Source of the DNA: an uncultured virus (IMG/VR IMGVR_UViG_3300020440_000013)
Lineage: Duplodnaviria > Heunggongvirae > Uroviricota > Caudoviricetes
Virus record (IMG/VR): IMGVR_UViG_3300020440_000013
Strand: one strand, 5' to 3'
DNA length: 64,000 nucleotides
Shown here: piece by piece, positions 32,250 through 41,284 of the stretch
Layout: the number at the start of each line of letters is the position of its first letter
Numbering within the stretch: the stretch's first letter is position 1
Translations under genes and position numbers: made by a program
The notes under the pieces: generated by a model
What the model saw: the letters and a program-made list of their open reading frames with translations, nothing else
What the model was told of the DNA's origin: nothing
The model's database searches: none

Positions 32250-32992
32250 TTTTTAAAAAGAAAAATAAAATAGAGTTTTTTTCAAAAGTTCCTGGAGTAG
32301 CGGAAACATTTCCAATTATTCCTACATCTAAGTTTAAACCTAAATGGGTAGAAGCATGTAAAAACGACTTTATAAGAAATAAAGGTTCTAAACAACCTAG
32401 TCACTTACAACTATGCCCTGGTATATTTGAAGTGTACAAATACGGGTACGTAGTTCCAATGTGGCATGATGTTACAATAAAAACTTTTAGAGATAGGGAA
32501 GATTTTGAAGCTGGAACTCCTAGTAAGCATTTAAATGAAATGTATAACGGAGAAGTAGTAGGTACACATCCTTATGAAATAACAAAATGGCTACCAAAAA
32601 GACCTTACAGTAAACATGCATTTGTTAAATTAAACACACCTTGGCATGTTATTGCTCCGCCTGGTGTAAAGTTTTTAGTTATACCTATCCCTTATGCTGA
32701 CAATTATGACTATGAAAGTGCTATCGGAATCTTAGACCCTTCAGTAAGTACAGAAGTAAATATCCAAGCATACTGGAATGTAAATGAAGGAGAAAGAAAA
32801 ATATTTGCAGGAACACCTATGATGCAACTTGTTCCTATAAGTGAAAAGTCGTTTGATCTAGATGTAAGAGATGCGACAGAGCATGATAAAATATGGTTAG
32901 ACAAACGTACATACATATACATCTTTGGATACAAAGTTGATAAAGCAAAAATGAAAGAAGCATACTTAAAACATTTTGGAGGTAAAAAATGA
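32246..32992 (+). CDS. Conserved phage hypothetical protein (CPG-motif family), paralog of 33404..34162
   Basis: Shared 'CPGI', 'K..TPW', 'P.PY.D', 'GTP..Q' motifs. Confidence 0.65.
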   Translation: MIFKKKNKIEFFSKVPGVAETFPIIPTSKFKPKWVEACKNDFIRNKGSKQPSHLQLCPGIFEVYKYGYVVPMWHDVTIKTFRDREDFEAGTPSKHLNEMYNGEVVGTHPYEITKWLPKRPYSKHAFVKLNTPWHVIAPPGVKFLVIPIPYADNYDYESAIGILDPSVSTEVNIQAYWNVNEGERKIFAGTPMMQLVPISEKSFDLDVRDATEHDKIWLDKRTYIYIFGYKVDKAKMKEAYLKHFGGKK

Positions 32993-33411
32993 TACACGAA
33001 TTAGTTACTAATGAATTAGTAATCTATACACAAGAACTAAGAGACGCAAAAGATGATGTGTACAAACAACGTAAAGTACAGAAAGATAGGAAGAAAGCGG
33101 CAATGTGGTTACGCTTGTGGTTAGATCATCAAGAAATCTATTTAACATGGGAAGATGACAACGGAAATGATGTAAGTTCTATTGCAAGTACTACATGTGA
33201 ATGGGAAGAACCCCCTATGTTTCCCACAACACCAATGTCAATAGAAATTATTCATGGTGAAGAAGTAGAAGAAGATCAGTATATAAGATTTTATCAAAAA
33301 CCTTCTGTTACACCTACAGCAGTACATATTGATAAGATTAAAAATTGGGTAACAACTAATAACGATATTAAAAAACTGTCAGAAATATTTGGTAAAAATT
33401 TATATGCTTAA
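32989..33411 (+). CDS. Hypothetical protein
   Basis: 140 aa; SD GGAGG; ATGA coupling. Confidence 0.6.
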   Translation: MIHELVTNELVIYTQELRDAKDDVYKQRKVQKDRKKAAMWLRLWLDHQEIYLTWEDDNGNDVSSIASTTCEWEEPPMFPTTPMSIEIIHGEEVEEDQYIRFYQKPSVTPTAVHIDKIKNWVTTNNDIKKLSEIFGKNLYA

Positions 33412-34162
33412 TTTTTTTAGTAAAAAACCTAAATTAGAATTTGTTTCTTTAATGCCAGAAGTTGCAGAATTAATGCCTATCATCCCTGCACGAGAACAAA
33501 ATTTTAAATGGACAAAGTCTGCCTTAGATCATTACAAAAAAATTAAAAAAGAAACTCCAGAGCAAGATTCATTTCATCACATAGCAAAGTGCCCAGGTAT
33601 TTTAAATGTGATGAAGCAAGGATGGATACATAGAAGCTATCAAGATATATTTGTAAAAATAGAAAATGATCAGTTTGGTTGGAAAACACCTATAGACCAA
33701 AGTAAAGCAGATGTAGGTCATAAGTGGACATGGCCTTATCTTGGGTTACATGATAAAGATATTATGGGTCCGTATTGTTTAGAAAGAGGAGCATATCATT
33801 CAATAGTAAAAATACAAACACCGTGGCTTGTTTATGTTCCTAAAGGATATCAATTACTAATTACGCCTTTGCCGTATCCTGATATACATAAGTTTGAATC
33901 AACTACAGGATTTTTAAATGGTGGAGAAGGACCACAGTTTTTAAATGTACAACTGTTTTGGTATGCACATAACGAAGAAGTTTTTATACCAAAAGGTACT
34001 CCGTTATGTCAATACCATTTAATTAAAAAAGAAGAAATAGAAGTTGAACAAAGAGCATACACAGAAAACGATTTAAAAAATTTACGTAAAAGAAATAATG
34101 TTGTAACTAGTAAGTTCAATAAAACATACAGTGATTTAAGGAAGATAACATGGAAAACTTAA
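33404..34162 (+). CDS. Conserved phage hypothetical protein (CPG-motif family)
   Basis: Start MLNFFSKK parallels MIFKKK of its paralog. Confidence 0.65.
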   Translation: MLNFFSKKPKLEFVSLMPEVAELMPIIPAREQNFKWTKSALDHYKKIKKETPEQDSFHHIAKCPGILNVMKQGWIHRSYQDIFVKIENDQFGWKTPIDQSKADVGHKWTWPYLGLHDKDIMGPYCLERGAYHSIVKIQTPWLVYVPKGYQLLITPLPYPDIHKFESTTGFLNGGEGPQFLNVQLFWYAHNEEVFIPKGTPLCQYHLIKKEEIEVEQRAYTENDLKNLRKRNNVVTSKFNKTYSDLRKITWKT

Positions 34163-34743
34163 CTTTAGAAGACTTTATCTTAGTAAAAAAGAATGCAATT
34201 AGTCCAGCAGATTGCAGAAAAGTTACTAATTATTTTGACGAAATGCAAAAATTAAACTTGACGTTTGATAGGCATCAGTTGCGTGATAGTCCTGGACATG
34301 AAAAGAAAGACGAAACATGTTTTCCAATGGAGCCTGATACATTAGCATTGCCAAAAACACATCCTGTATTACATACTATTGTAACTTCTGTAAAAGAAGC
34401 AATGAGTGACTATATTGTTGAATATAGTATTTTACAAGATACAAGTAGTCACGGAATTAGAAGTTGTAGAATACAAAAAACAGCAAAAGGCGGCGGATAT
34501 CATAGATGGCATTTTGAAAGCGAAGGATTACCTTCATGTAATAGATTTTTAGTTTTTTCAATATACTTAAATAATGTTATGCAAGGTGGCGAAACAGAAT
34601 TTTTATATCAGTCTAAAAGAATTGAGCCAGAAGAAGGCACACTACTAATATGGCCTGCTGGTTTTACACACGTACACCGAGGTAATCCTCCACTTAGTGG
34701 TAATAAATATATAGCAACAGGTTGGATTGAATACTTTGAATAA
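34150..34743 (+). CDS. 2OG-Fe(II) oxygenase, prolyl 4-hydroxylase-like
   Basis: 'IQKT..GGGYH.WH.E...IYLN.V..GGETEF...WPAGFTH.HRGNPP...KYIATGW'. Confidence 0.9.
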   Translation: MENLTLEDFILVKKNAISPADCRKVTNYFDEMQKLNLTFDRHQLRDSPGHEKKDETCFPMEPDTLALPKTHPVLHTIVTSVKEAMSDYIVEYSILQDTSSHGIRSCRIQKTAKGGGYHRWHFESEGLPSCNRFLVFSIYLNNVMQGGETEFLYQSKRIEPEEGTLLIWPAGFTHVHRGNPPLSGNKYIATGWIEYFE

Positions 34744-35008
34744 AAAAGAATTATATAATATACTAGGTGTAGATCCTAGTTGTTCTAAAAAAGAACTTAA
34801 AACAGCTTTTCGCAAATTAGCTGCACAACACCATCCTGACAAAGGTGGCGATGTAGAAATATTTAAAAAAATTAAATCAGCATTTGAGTTATTATCATTA
34901 GATAAAGAGTCTAACTTACCAACTAGACAAAGTAAACCTCAAGATGATTGGTTTAACTCAATGTTTGGTGGAAAAACAGGACCTTATAAACGCAATGGCA
35001 TTTCATAA
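34727..35008 (+). CDS. Small J-domain (DnaJ-like) protein
   Basis: 'LYNILGV...LK.AFRKLA..HHPDKGGD...F..I..AFE.L'; start codon uncertain. Confidence 0.85.
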   Translation: MNTLNKKELYNILGVDPSCSKKELKTAFRKLAAQHHPDKGGDVEIFKKIKSAFELLSLDKESNLPTRQSKPQDDWFNSMFGGKTGPYKRNGIS

Positions 35009-35207
35009 AGCAGAACTTATAATTAATAGCCATAAAGATACGTATTTTAGTAATAAAGCACACGAACATATTTTACAGTTTGAAAAACGATATTATTACA
35101 TAAATTTTAAATTATCACATGATAAAACTTTTGTTACATTTGATAATGACGAATCCTTAGAACAGTTTAAAAAGCACTGGAAACACTACCTTCGCGTTGT
35201 ATACTAA
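34995..35207 (+). CDS. Hypothetical protein
   Basis: Short ORF filling the gap; ATG at 34995 is the more plausible start. Confidence 0.45.
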   Translation: MAFHKAELIINSHKDTYFSNKAHEHILQFEKRYYYINFKLSHDKTFVTFDNDESLEQFKKHWKHYLRVVY

Positions 35208-35212
35208 TTAAC

Positions 35213-35220
35213 GATAAATA
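35213..35220 (+). promoter_or_regulatory. Late promoter GATAAATA
   Basis: Octamer, then SD AAGGA, then ATG 35242. Confidence 0.7.
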
Positions 35221-35241
35221 CATTAGTTAAAGGATAGATAT

Positions 35242-36759
35242 ATGGCAAGTGATCCAATTGTAAATAGAATTCGTATTATTCCTCGCCCCGACGGTTTTCT
35301 TGATCGTAATGTAGGCTCGAGTGGAGAAGTATTCTATGACAAACAAGCAAATACTTTAAGGCTATATGATGGCAAGTTAGCTGGCGGCTATACATTATTA
35401 ACATCAGGAAATTTATCACAACAACTTAGTGCATCTGGAGTTGCTGTTTTAGAAAAAACTGTTACTGTAGGAGTTGACACAGTAGCAAGTCAAGGATCCG
35501 GTGTATTTTATATTGACGGTGTAGAAAAACCTCAACTTAATTTAGTTAGAGGATACACGTATGTCTTTGATCAAAGCGATGCAACTAACGAAAACTATGC
35601 TAGTTTATACCACCCATTAATGTTTAGTACAGTAGAGAACGGTGAACTTGCAGGTGGTGGACATTATAATACAGGTGTTGTTTATTTGTTAGATGATGAT
35701 CCTGTTACAATGGCAAAATATGTGTCAGGATTTCAAGCAGCTACTACAAGAAAAGTTTTACTTACAGTAAAAACTAGCACACCTAATTCACTTTTTTATT
35801 GGTGTCATTTTCATTTAAATCAAGGAAACAGTATTACAGTTGCAGACCCAGGAACAGGCTCTGGCAGCGGTGGAGGCGGTGGATCAGCTAGTGTAGAAGT
35901 TTCTGACACAGTACCAGCTACTCCTACATCAGGTAATATATGGTTTAATAGTTCAAGTGGTAGATTGTATGTATACGCAGGCGACACAGATAGTAATCAA
36001 TGGGTGCAACCAACTGTGCCGGTTTTTCCAACATTTAAAACAGTAGCAATTAAAGACAGCGATAGTGCTACAATAGTAGCATCATCAGTAGCTGATACAC
36101 TTACCTTTGAACAAGGTACTGGAATAGATTTACAAATTAATAGTGCTACAAATACTCTTACAATTACTTCTGCTTCAAGCAGCAGTGTAGGTAATTTTAG
36201 TTTTGCATCTAGTATTATTGATACAGATGATAGTAGTAGTATTATAATTACACCCAGTGTTACAGTAAGTAGCGACTTAACTGTAGAAAATGATTTAGTT
36301 GTAAACAACACATTGTCTGCAAAACAGTTTATTAATACAAGTATAGGAGCACCAATATTAGATAGTGCATCAACACTTTCATTTGTTGCCCCAGATGGTG
36401 TATTAATAAGAGGTGAATTAAAATTAGAAAACAATAACATCACAGGCGTAGGTACAATTAACAATGAACCTACACCTTTTATCATGGGAGTGCTAGATGG
36501 TAGCACAAACGCATGGTCAGGAGGAGGAGTTTCAGGAATAGTTGATAATGCCGTAGGCGATCATACACTAACATTTACTTCAAATCTTGGTACCACTGTA
36601 GACGATTTCCAAGTACTTGCAACAGTGCAAGATAAAACAGCTGGCCACAGTTGTGTAATATCAAAACCAGCTGTAAATCAAATTAGAGTTAATGTAGATA
36701 ATTTATCAGGAACAGGAGTAGATTCCAAGGTATTTCTTGTAATTTATAAAACAGCATAA
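35242..36759 (+). CDS. Virion/fibre protein with cupredoxin-like domain
   Basis: 'GEVFYD....LRLYDG' fibre N-terminal module; domain shared with the 1975-aa protein; 'PT.GNIWFNS..GRLYVY...QW' module. Confidence 0.6.
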   Translation: MASDPIVNRIRIIPRPDGFLDRNVGSSGEVFYDKQANTLRLYDGKLAGGYTLLTSGNLSQQLSASGVAVLEKTVTVGVDTVASQGSGVFYIDGVEKPQLNLVRGYTYVFDQSDATNENYASLYHPLMFSTVENGELAGGGHYNTGVVYLLDDDPVTMAKYVSGFQAATTRKVLLTVKTSTPNSLFYWCHFHLNQGNSITVADPGTGSGSGGGGGSASVEVSDTVPATPTSGNIWFNSSSGRLYVYAGDTDSNQWVQPTVPVFPTFKTVAIKDSDSATIVASSVADTLTFEQGTGIDLQINSATNTLTITSASSSSVGNFSFASSIIDTDDSSSIIITPSVTVSSDLTVENDLVVNNTLSAKQFINTSIGAPILDSASTLSFVAPDGVLIRGELKLENNNITGVGTINNEPTPFIMGVLDGSTNAWSGGGVSGIVDNAVGDHTLTFTSNLGTTVDDFQVLATVQDKTAGHSCVISKPAVNQIRVNVDNLSGTGVDSKVFLVIYKTA

Positions 36760-38360
36760 TGAGTGAAAAAGAATATATTGTAGTAGTAAAAAAAGGTGTA
36801 GACTTAGAAGTATTTGATGCTGATTTAGCATCAGATACTGGTGACAGTACTATTCCTGAAAGAGCTGTTACAGTAGCAAATCCTAGACTAGGATCAAAGA
36901 GAATGACACACTGGATGCTTACAGACGATGAAGCACAAGCCCTAAAAAACGATCCAAGAGTACTTGATGTAGAAATCCCTGTTGAGCAACGCGACGATAT
37001 AGTTATACACCCACGTGCAATACAAACCGGAACGTTTAACAAAACAAATTCTTCAACAGGCATTAATTGGGGTCTAAACAGATGCGTAAGTGCTTCTAAT
37101 AATTGGCCTTCAACTATCACAGAAAAAGTAGCGGCTGAGTATCCTTATGCATTAGACGGTACAGGTGTAGATGTTGTTATACAAGATAGCGGCATTGAAC
37201 CTAATCATCCTGAATGGCAAGACACTAATAGCAATTCAAGATTAAAACAAATTGATTGGTTTACAGAAAGTGGTATCTCAGGAACACAATCTGCAAGTTT
37301 TTATAGTGATACAGACGGACACGGTACTCATTGTGCAGGAATTAGTGCAGGCAAAACTTATGGCTGGGCAAAGAATGCACATATATATGCACAAAAGGTC
37401 TCAGGATTAGAAGGTCCAGCAGATAGCAGTGGTATCAGTACGGCAAACTGCTTTGATACAATACGATTATGGCACTCTGCAAAAACTAACGGCAGACCTA
37501 CAGTTGTAAACATGAGTTGGGGATATTCTACAACATTAATTGGAACCCCTGATCCTACTAGCGGTACGCATTATAATGACAACACCGGTGTTATGGATAC
37601 ATGGACTTATGGTGATACAGGTTATACTACAGATAACAATATTTGGCAAAATACAGGATTTGTGCCTAATCAAAGAAGCGGTAATAGAACAATACCTGTA
37701 AGACTATCAAGTGTAGATGCAGAAATAGATGATATGATTGATGCTGGAATACATGTTATAATTGCAGCTGGAAATGATTACACAGTTAGTGCTAAAGATA
37801 CTGCTACTGCCGCAGATCATTTTAATGACAGCATACAAATAGGCGGAGTAACTTATTATTATCATAGAGGCTCTAGTCCAAGATCTACAACTAATGAAGG
37901 TTTAGTAGTGGGAAGTATAGATGCTGATCTACAAGGTGAGTCAGATAAAATTGCACCATATTCTACAAGAGGCCCAGCAGTTGATATTCTTGCTCCTGGT
38001 TCTAACATAGTTTCAGCTTGTAGTACTGCAAGTATATACACAACGGCAGCTTACCCTCCAGATACAACTTACAAAATTACAAATATTGATGGTACGAGTT
38101 TTGCAGCTCCACAAGTTGCAGGATTAGCAGCTCTTTATTTACAAGTACTTCCAAACTTAACTACAAGCGAATTAAAAACAAAAATACTTAATGATTCATT
38201 AAGTGTTGTATATGATAACCCTAATGCATATCAAGGTCCGCCTTTAAATTATTTAAATTATGGTAACGGACTATACGGAACTCCAAATAAAATGATGTTT
38301 AGTAAATATGGCCGTAATTCATCTTTTGAAATAAAAGGTAGTCTTAATGTTAACATGTAA
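36759..38360 (+). CDS. Subtilisin-like serine protease (S8)
   Basis: Triad motifs VVIQDSG, DGHGTHCAG, GTSFAAPQVAG; oxyanion AAGND; N-terminal propeptide-like region. Confidence 0.92.
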   Translation: MSEKEYIVVVKKGVDLEVFDADLASDTGDSTIPERAVTVANPRLGSKRMTHWMLTDDEAQALKNDPRVLDVEIPVEQRDDIVIHPRAIQTGTFNKTNSSTGINWGLNRCVSASNNWPSTITEKVAAEYPYALDGTGVDVVIQDSGIEPNHPEWQDTNSNSRLKQIDWFTESGISGTQSASFYSDTDGHGTHCAGISAGKTYGWAKNAHIYAQKVSGLEGPADSSGISTANCFDTIRLWHSAKTNGRPTVVNMSWGYSTTLIGTPDPTSGTHYNDNTGVMDTWTYGDTGYTTDNNIWQNTGFVPNQRSGNRTIPVRLSSVDAEIDDMIDAGIHVIIAAGNDYTVSAKDTATAADHFNDSIQIGGVTYYYHRGSSPRSTTNEGLVVGSIDADLQGESDKIAPYSTRGPAVDILAPGSNIVSACSTASIYTTAAYPPDTTYKITNIDGTSFAAPQVAGLAALYLQVLPNLTTSELKTKILNDSLSVVYDNPNAYQGPPLNYLNYGNGLYGTPNKMMFSKYGRNSSFEIKGSLNVNM

Positions 38361-38383
38361 TAAATATACAAAAGAGGTAATCA

Positions 38384-40225
38384 ATGGCTATTAATTTTCC
38401 AAATACCCCAGTAGTAGATGACATATACACAGAAGGTGGTTCATCTTGGCAATGGGACGGTACTGCGTGGAATGCTTTAGGTGCAGGTATTACACCTCCT
38501 AGTGTAGATCAATTTAAAACGTTTAATGCTGATACAGGTACTACTACAGCAAATACACAAAACGATGTGCTTACAGTAGCAGGTGGCACTGATGTAACTA
38601 CTAGTATAACAGGCGATATACTAACTATTAATGCATCAGTATCTGCGGGAGACTCAAATCAAAATGCATTTAGTAATGTAGGTACCGATGCAGGAACAGT
38701 TGTTGCATCAACTACGACAGATACTTTTAATATTCAAGGTGGTACCAAAATAGCTACCCAAGCAAATGATAAAACTATCACTATTGATGTTGATAATTTA
38801 GGCATAAATGATCTAATAGACGTTGATACAGCATCAAGTGCTCCATCTAGTGGACAAGTGTTAAAATGGAACGGCGTTAATTGGGCTCCTGGAACAGATG
38901 CAACATCAGGCGGTGGTGGATCAGATGCTGATACCTTAGACGGATTTGATGGAAGTTATTATTTAAATTATAACAATTTAAGTAACAGACCTAATATCAA
39001 TAGTTTTACAACAGTTACAGTAAACGGACAAAATAACGTTGTTGCAGATGCTGCAAGTGATACAATAACTTATGTTGCAGGCTCAGGAATTAGTCTTACT
39101 ACAAATGCTGTGACAGACTCTATTACATTTGAAAACTCTGCACCAAACGTTGATCAAAATATTTTTAAGACTTTTAATGCAGACAGTGGCACAACAACAG
39201 CAAATTCTACAACTGATACACTAACTATAGCAGGCGGTACTGGATTAACTTCAAATCTTGTAGGAGATACACTAACTCTTAATGTAAATTCTTCGTTAAG
39301 TTTTGCAGGCGAAACAACTCTTAATGCTGGTAGTAACAATCTTAATTTAAGTACAACTAATGGCGATGTTTTAGTTAGTGCTAACGGCGGAAGAGTATCA
39401 ATAGAATCAGCCGTTGGCAACTTAGAAATACTAAACACAGCAGCTAGTCCAGCAAATGTAAAAATACAATCTGCTGGCGGCGTAATTTTTAGTAACGGAA
39501 CTACGCAATATATTTTTCCAGTAAATGACGGCACCGCAGACCAAGTGCTACAAACAAATGGTTCAGGTGTATTATCATTTGCAGATGTATCCGGTGGTGG
39601 TGGAGGAGAAGCTAATCAAAATGCATTTAGTACTATTGCGGTAGCAGGACAAAGTAATATTGAAGCTGATACTGCAACAGATACATTAAATGTAGCTGCA
39701 GGTGCAGGTATTTCTCTTACTAATACTCCTGGAACAGACACAATAACAATAACAAATACAGTATCGGCAGGTGCGGCAAACTTTATACAATTAGGTGACA
39801 TTGCACAGTCATTAGCATCAGGATATGGTAGTAACTTAACACCAGATCAAATATTTGAAAATGCTATTGTTACTTTAAGAGTTGGCGCAACTGGCAACAA
39901 CAGTGCATACTTGTTTAACAGTCATTACAGTGGAAACAATCCAACAATATATGCACTAAGCGGAACTACTATTGCATTTGATTTAACAGGTAGTGCAGGA
40001 CATCCTTTCGAAATTCAAGATGGTACTGGCACAGCTTACAACATAGGATTAGTACACGTTGGTGGTGACGGTTCAGTTAATACAGGGTCAAATGCTCAAA
40101 ATAAAGAGTTTGGAACATTATATTGGAGAATACCGGAATCAATTTCCGGCGGTTATAGATATCAATGTACAGCTCATGCACCAATGGTTGGTTCTATACA
40201 AGTTAAACGTTTCTCAGCTATTTAG
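38384..40225 (+). CDS. Virion fibre protein with 'ADT..DTL..AG' repeats and C-terminal cupredoxin-like domain
   Basis: 'MAINFP..P...WQWDG..W' N-terminus; C-terminal GHPF...YQCTAHAPMVG; AATAAATA at 38359-38366. Confidence 0.65.
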   Translation: MAINFPNTPVVDDIYTEGGSSWQWDGTAWNALGAGITPPSVDQFKTFNADTGTTTANTQNDVLTVAGGTDVTTSITGDILTINASVSAGDSNQNAFSNVGTDAGTVVASTTTDTFNIQGGTKIATQANDKTITIDVDNLGINDLIDVDTASSAPSSGQVLKWNGVNWAPGTDATSGGGGSDADTLDGFDGSYYLNYNNLSNRPNINSFTTVTVNGQNNVVADAASDTITYVAGSGISLTTNAVTDSITFENSAPNVDQNIFKTFNADSGTTTANSTTDTLTIAGGTGLTSNLVGDTLTLNVNSSLSFAGETTLNAGSNNLNLSTTNGDVLVSANGGRVSIESAVGNLEILNTAASPANVKIQSAGGVIFSNGTTQYIFPVNDGTADQVLQTNGSGVLSFADVSGGGGGEANQNAFSTIAVAGQSNIEADTATDTLNVAAGAGISLTNTPGTDTITITNTVSAGAANFIQLGDIAQSLASGYGSNLTPDQIFENAIVTLRVGATGNNSAYLFNSHYSGNNPTIYALSGTTIAFDLTGSAGHPFEIQDGTGTAYNIGLVHVGGDGSVNTGSNAQNKEFGTLYWRIPESISGGYRYQCTAHAPMVGSIQVKRFSAI

Positions 40226-40481
40226 AATCTTTAATTATTTTTTCAATTTCAGCAACACAATCGTGAATTTTAATTCTAGTGTCACGCAAATTTTGCGGTT
40301 TAATATAACCGTTTAGTGTTGTATCGTGTACAGTATTAACTTCGGTAGCATGTTCTTGTAGTTCAGATACTAAGTTCATTACCATGATTTTTGCTTTAGG
40401 ATTATGAGTATTTTGAATAAATCTATTAAAACGTTTTAAATCGTATACAAATTTTTCTTCTTTAAATAAATCGTAAATCAT
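40218..40481 (-). CDS. Hypothetical protein
   Basis: 87 aa, coupled to the upstream minus-strand gene. Confidence 0.55.
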   Translation of the reverse strand: MIYDLFKEEKFVYDLKRFNRFIQNTHNPKAKIMVMNLVSELQEHATEVNTVHDTTLNGYIKPQNLRDTRIKIHDCVAEIEKIIKDSK

Positions 40482-40834
40482 TTAATATTATTTGCACTAA
40501 TTACTGTAAAAACATCAGTTGGCAAAAAACTATTAGATACTTCATTAATGCTTCCTGTTGTTTCTAAACATTCCCAACTATGTGGATGTAATGGCGGAGC
40601 GTGATAAACATCTCCTTCTTTTAATTCTTTTTGTAACAATTTTCCAGACTGTGTGTCAATAAACCTTAATAAAAATTTACCATTGTTTATAAAGAATGTT
40701 TTATTAGCATCAGAATGAAAACGTAAATCAGTCTTTGCATTTTTGTTTTCAAATAATAAAATTTTTGCAACATATCCTGGTTGCATTGCCCAAACAAGTT
40801 CCTTGCCCCATTTATGATTGTTTACTTGACTCAT
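40478..40834 (-). CDS. Cupin-fold protein
   Basis: 'KWG.E..WA...Y.AKIL...FH....TF...G...L..GD....PP..PH'; SD AGGAG. Confidence 0.7.
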   Translation of the reverse strand: MSQVNNHKWGKELVWAMQPGYVAKILLFENKNAKTDLRFHSDANKTFFINNGKFLLRFIDTQSGKLLQKELKEGDVYHAPPLHPHSWECLETTGSINEVSNSFLPTDVFTVISANNIK

Positions 40835-40842
40835 GTTTTCTC

Positions 40843-41271
40843 CTATAATAAATCTATCATTTTAAAGACAGTATCTAATTTTGTAACATTAGTTTTATTT
40901 GATAGTGTTGCTCTAAGACCTTGATGTAATGGCTTAGGCCATTTTCCAAAACTAACCCAAGCATAGCCATCATGTTCTTCATTAAGTACTGGAATAAACT
41001 CTTTTTCAATAACACAAACATATGTATGAAAAAGAAATTGTGAATCATTGCTTATAAAAGTTTCAAGAGGTATTGTTTTTTTAATAGTAACTTCACCAAT
41101 TTCTTCTTTTATTTCACGTTTTAATCCCTGCCAAGCTGATTCAGTACCTTCTGTTGTACCGCCTACAAGACCAAACAAATTTGACTGTTTGCCTTTTGTT
41201 CTATGCAAAAATAGAAAACGTTTTGTATCAAGGGTGTAAAAAAGTGCACCACTACATATAATCTGATCCAT
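40843..41271 (-). CDS. NUDIX hydrolase
   Basis: 'GG..E..E....GL.RE..EE.G' Nudix box and 'LNEEHDGY.W'; start MDQII. Confidence 0.9.
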   Translation of the reverse strand: MDQIICSGALFYTLDTKRFLFLHRTKGKQSNLFGLVGGTTEGTESAWQGLKREIKEEIGEVTIKKTIPLETFISNDSQFLFHTYVCVIEKEFIPVLNEEHDGYAWVSFGKWPKPLHQGLRATLSNKTNVTKLDTVFKMIDLL

Positions 41272-41284
41272 ACAAATAATTATC

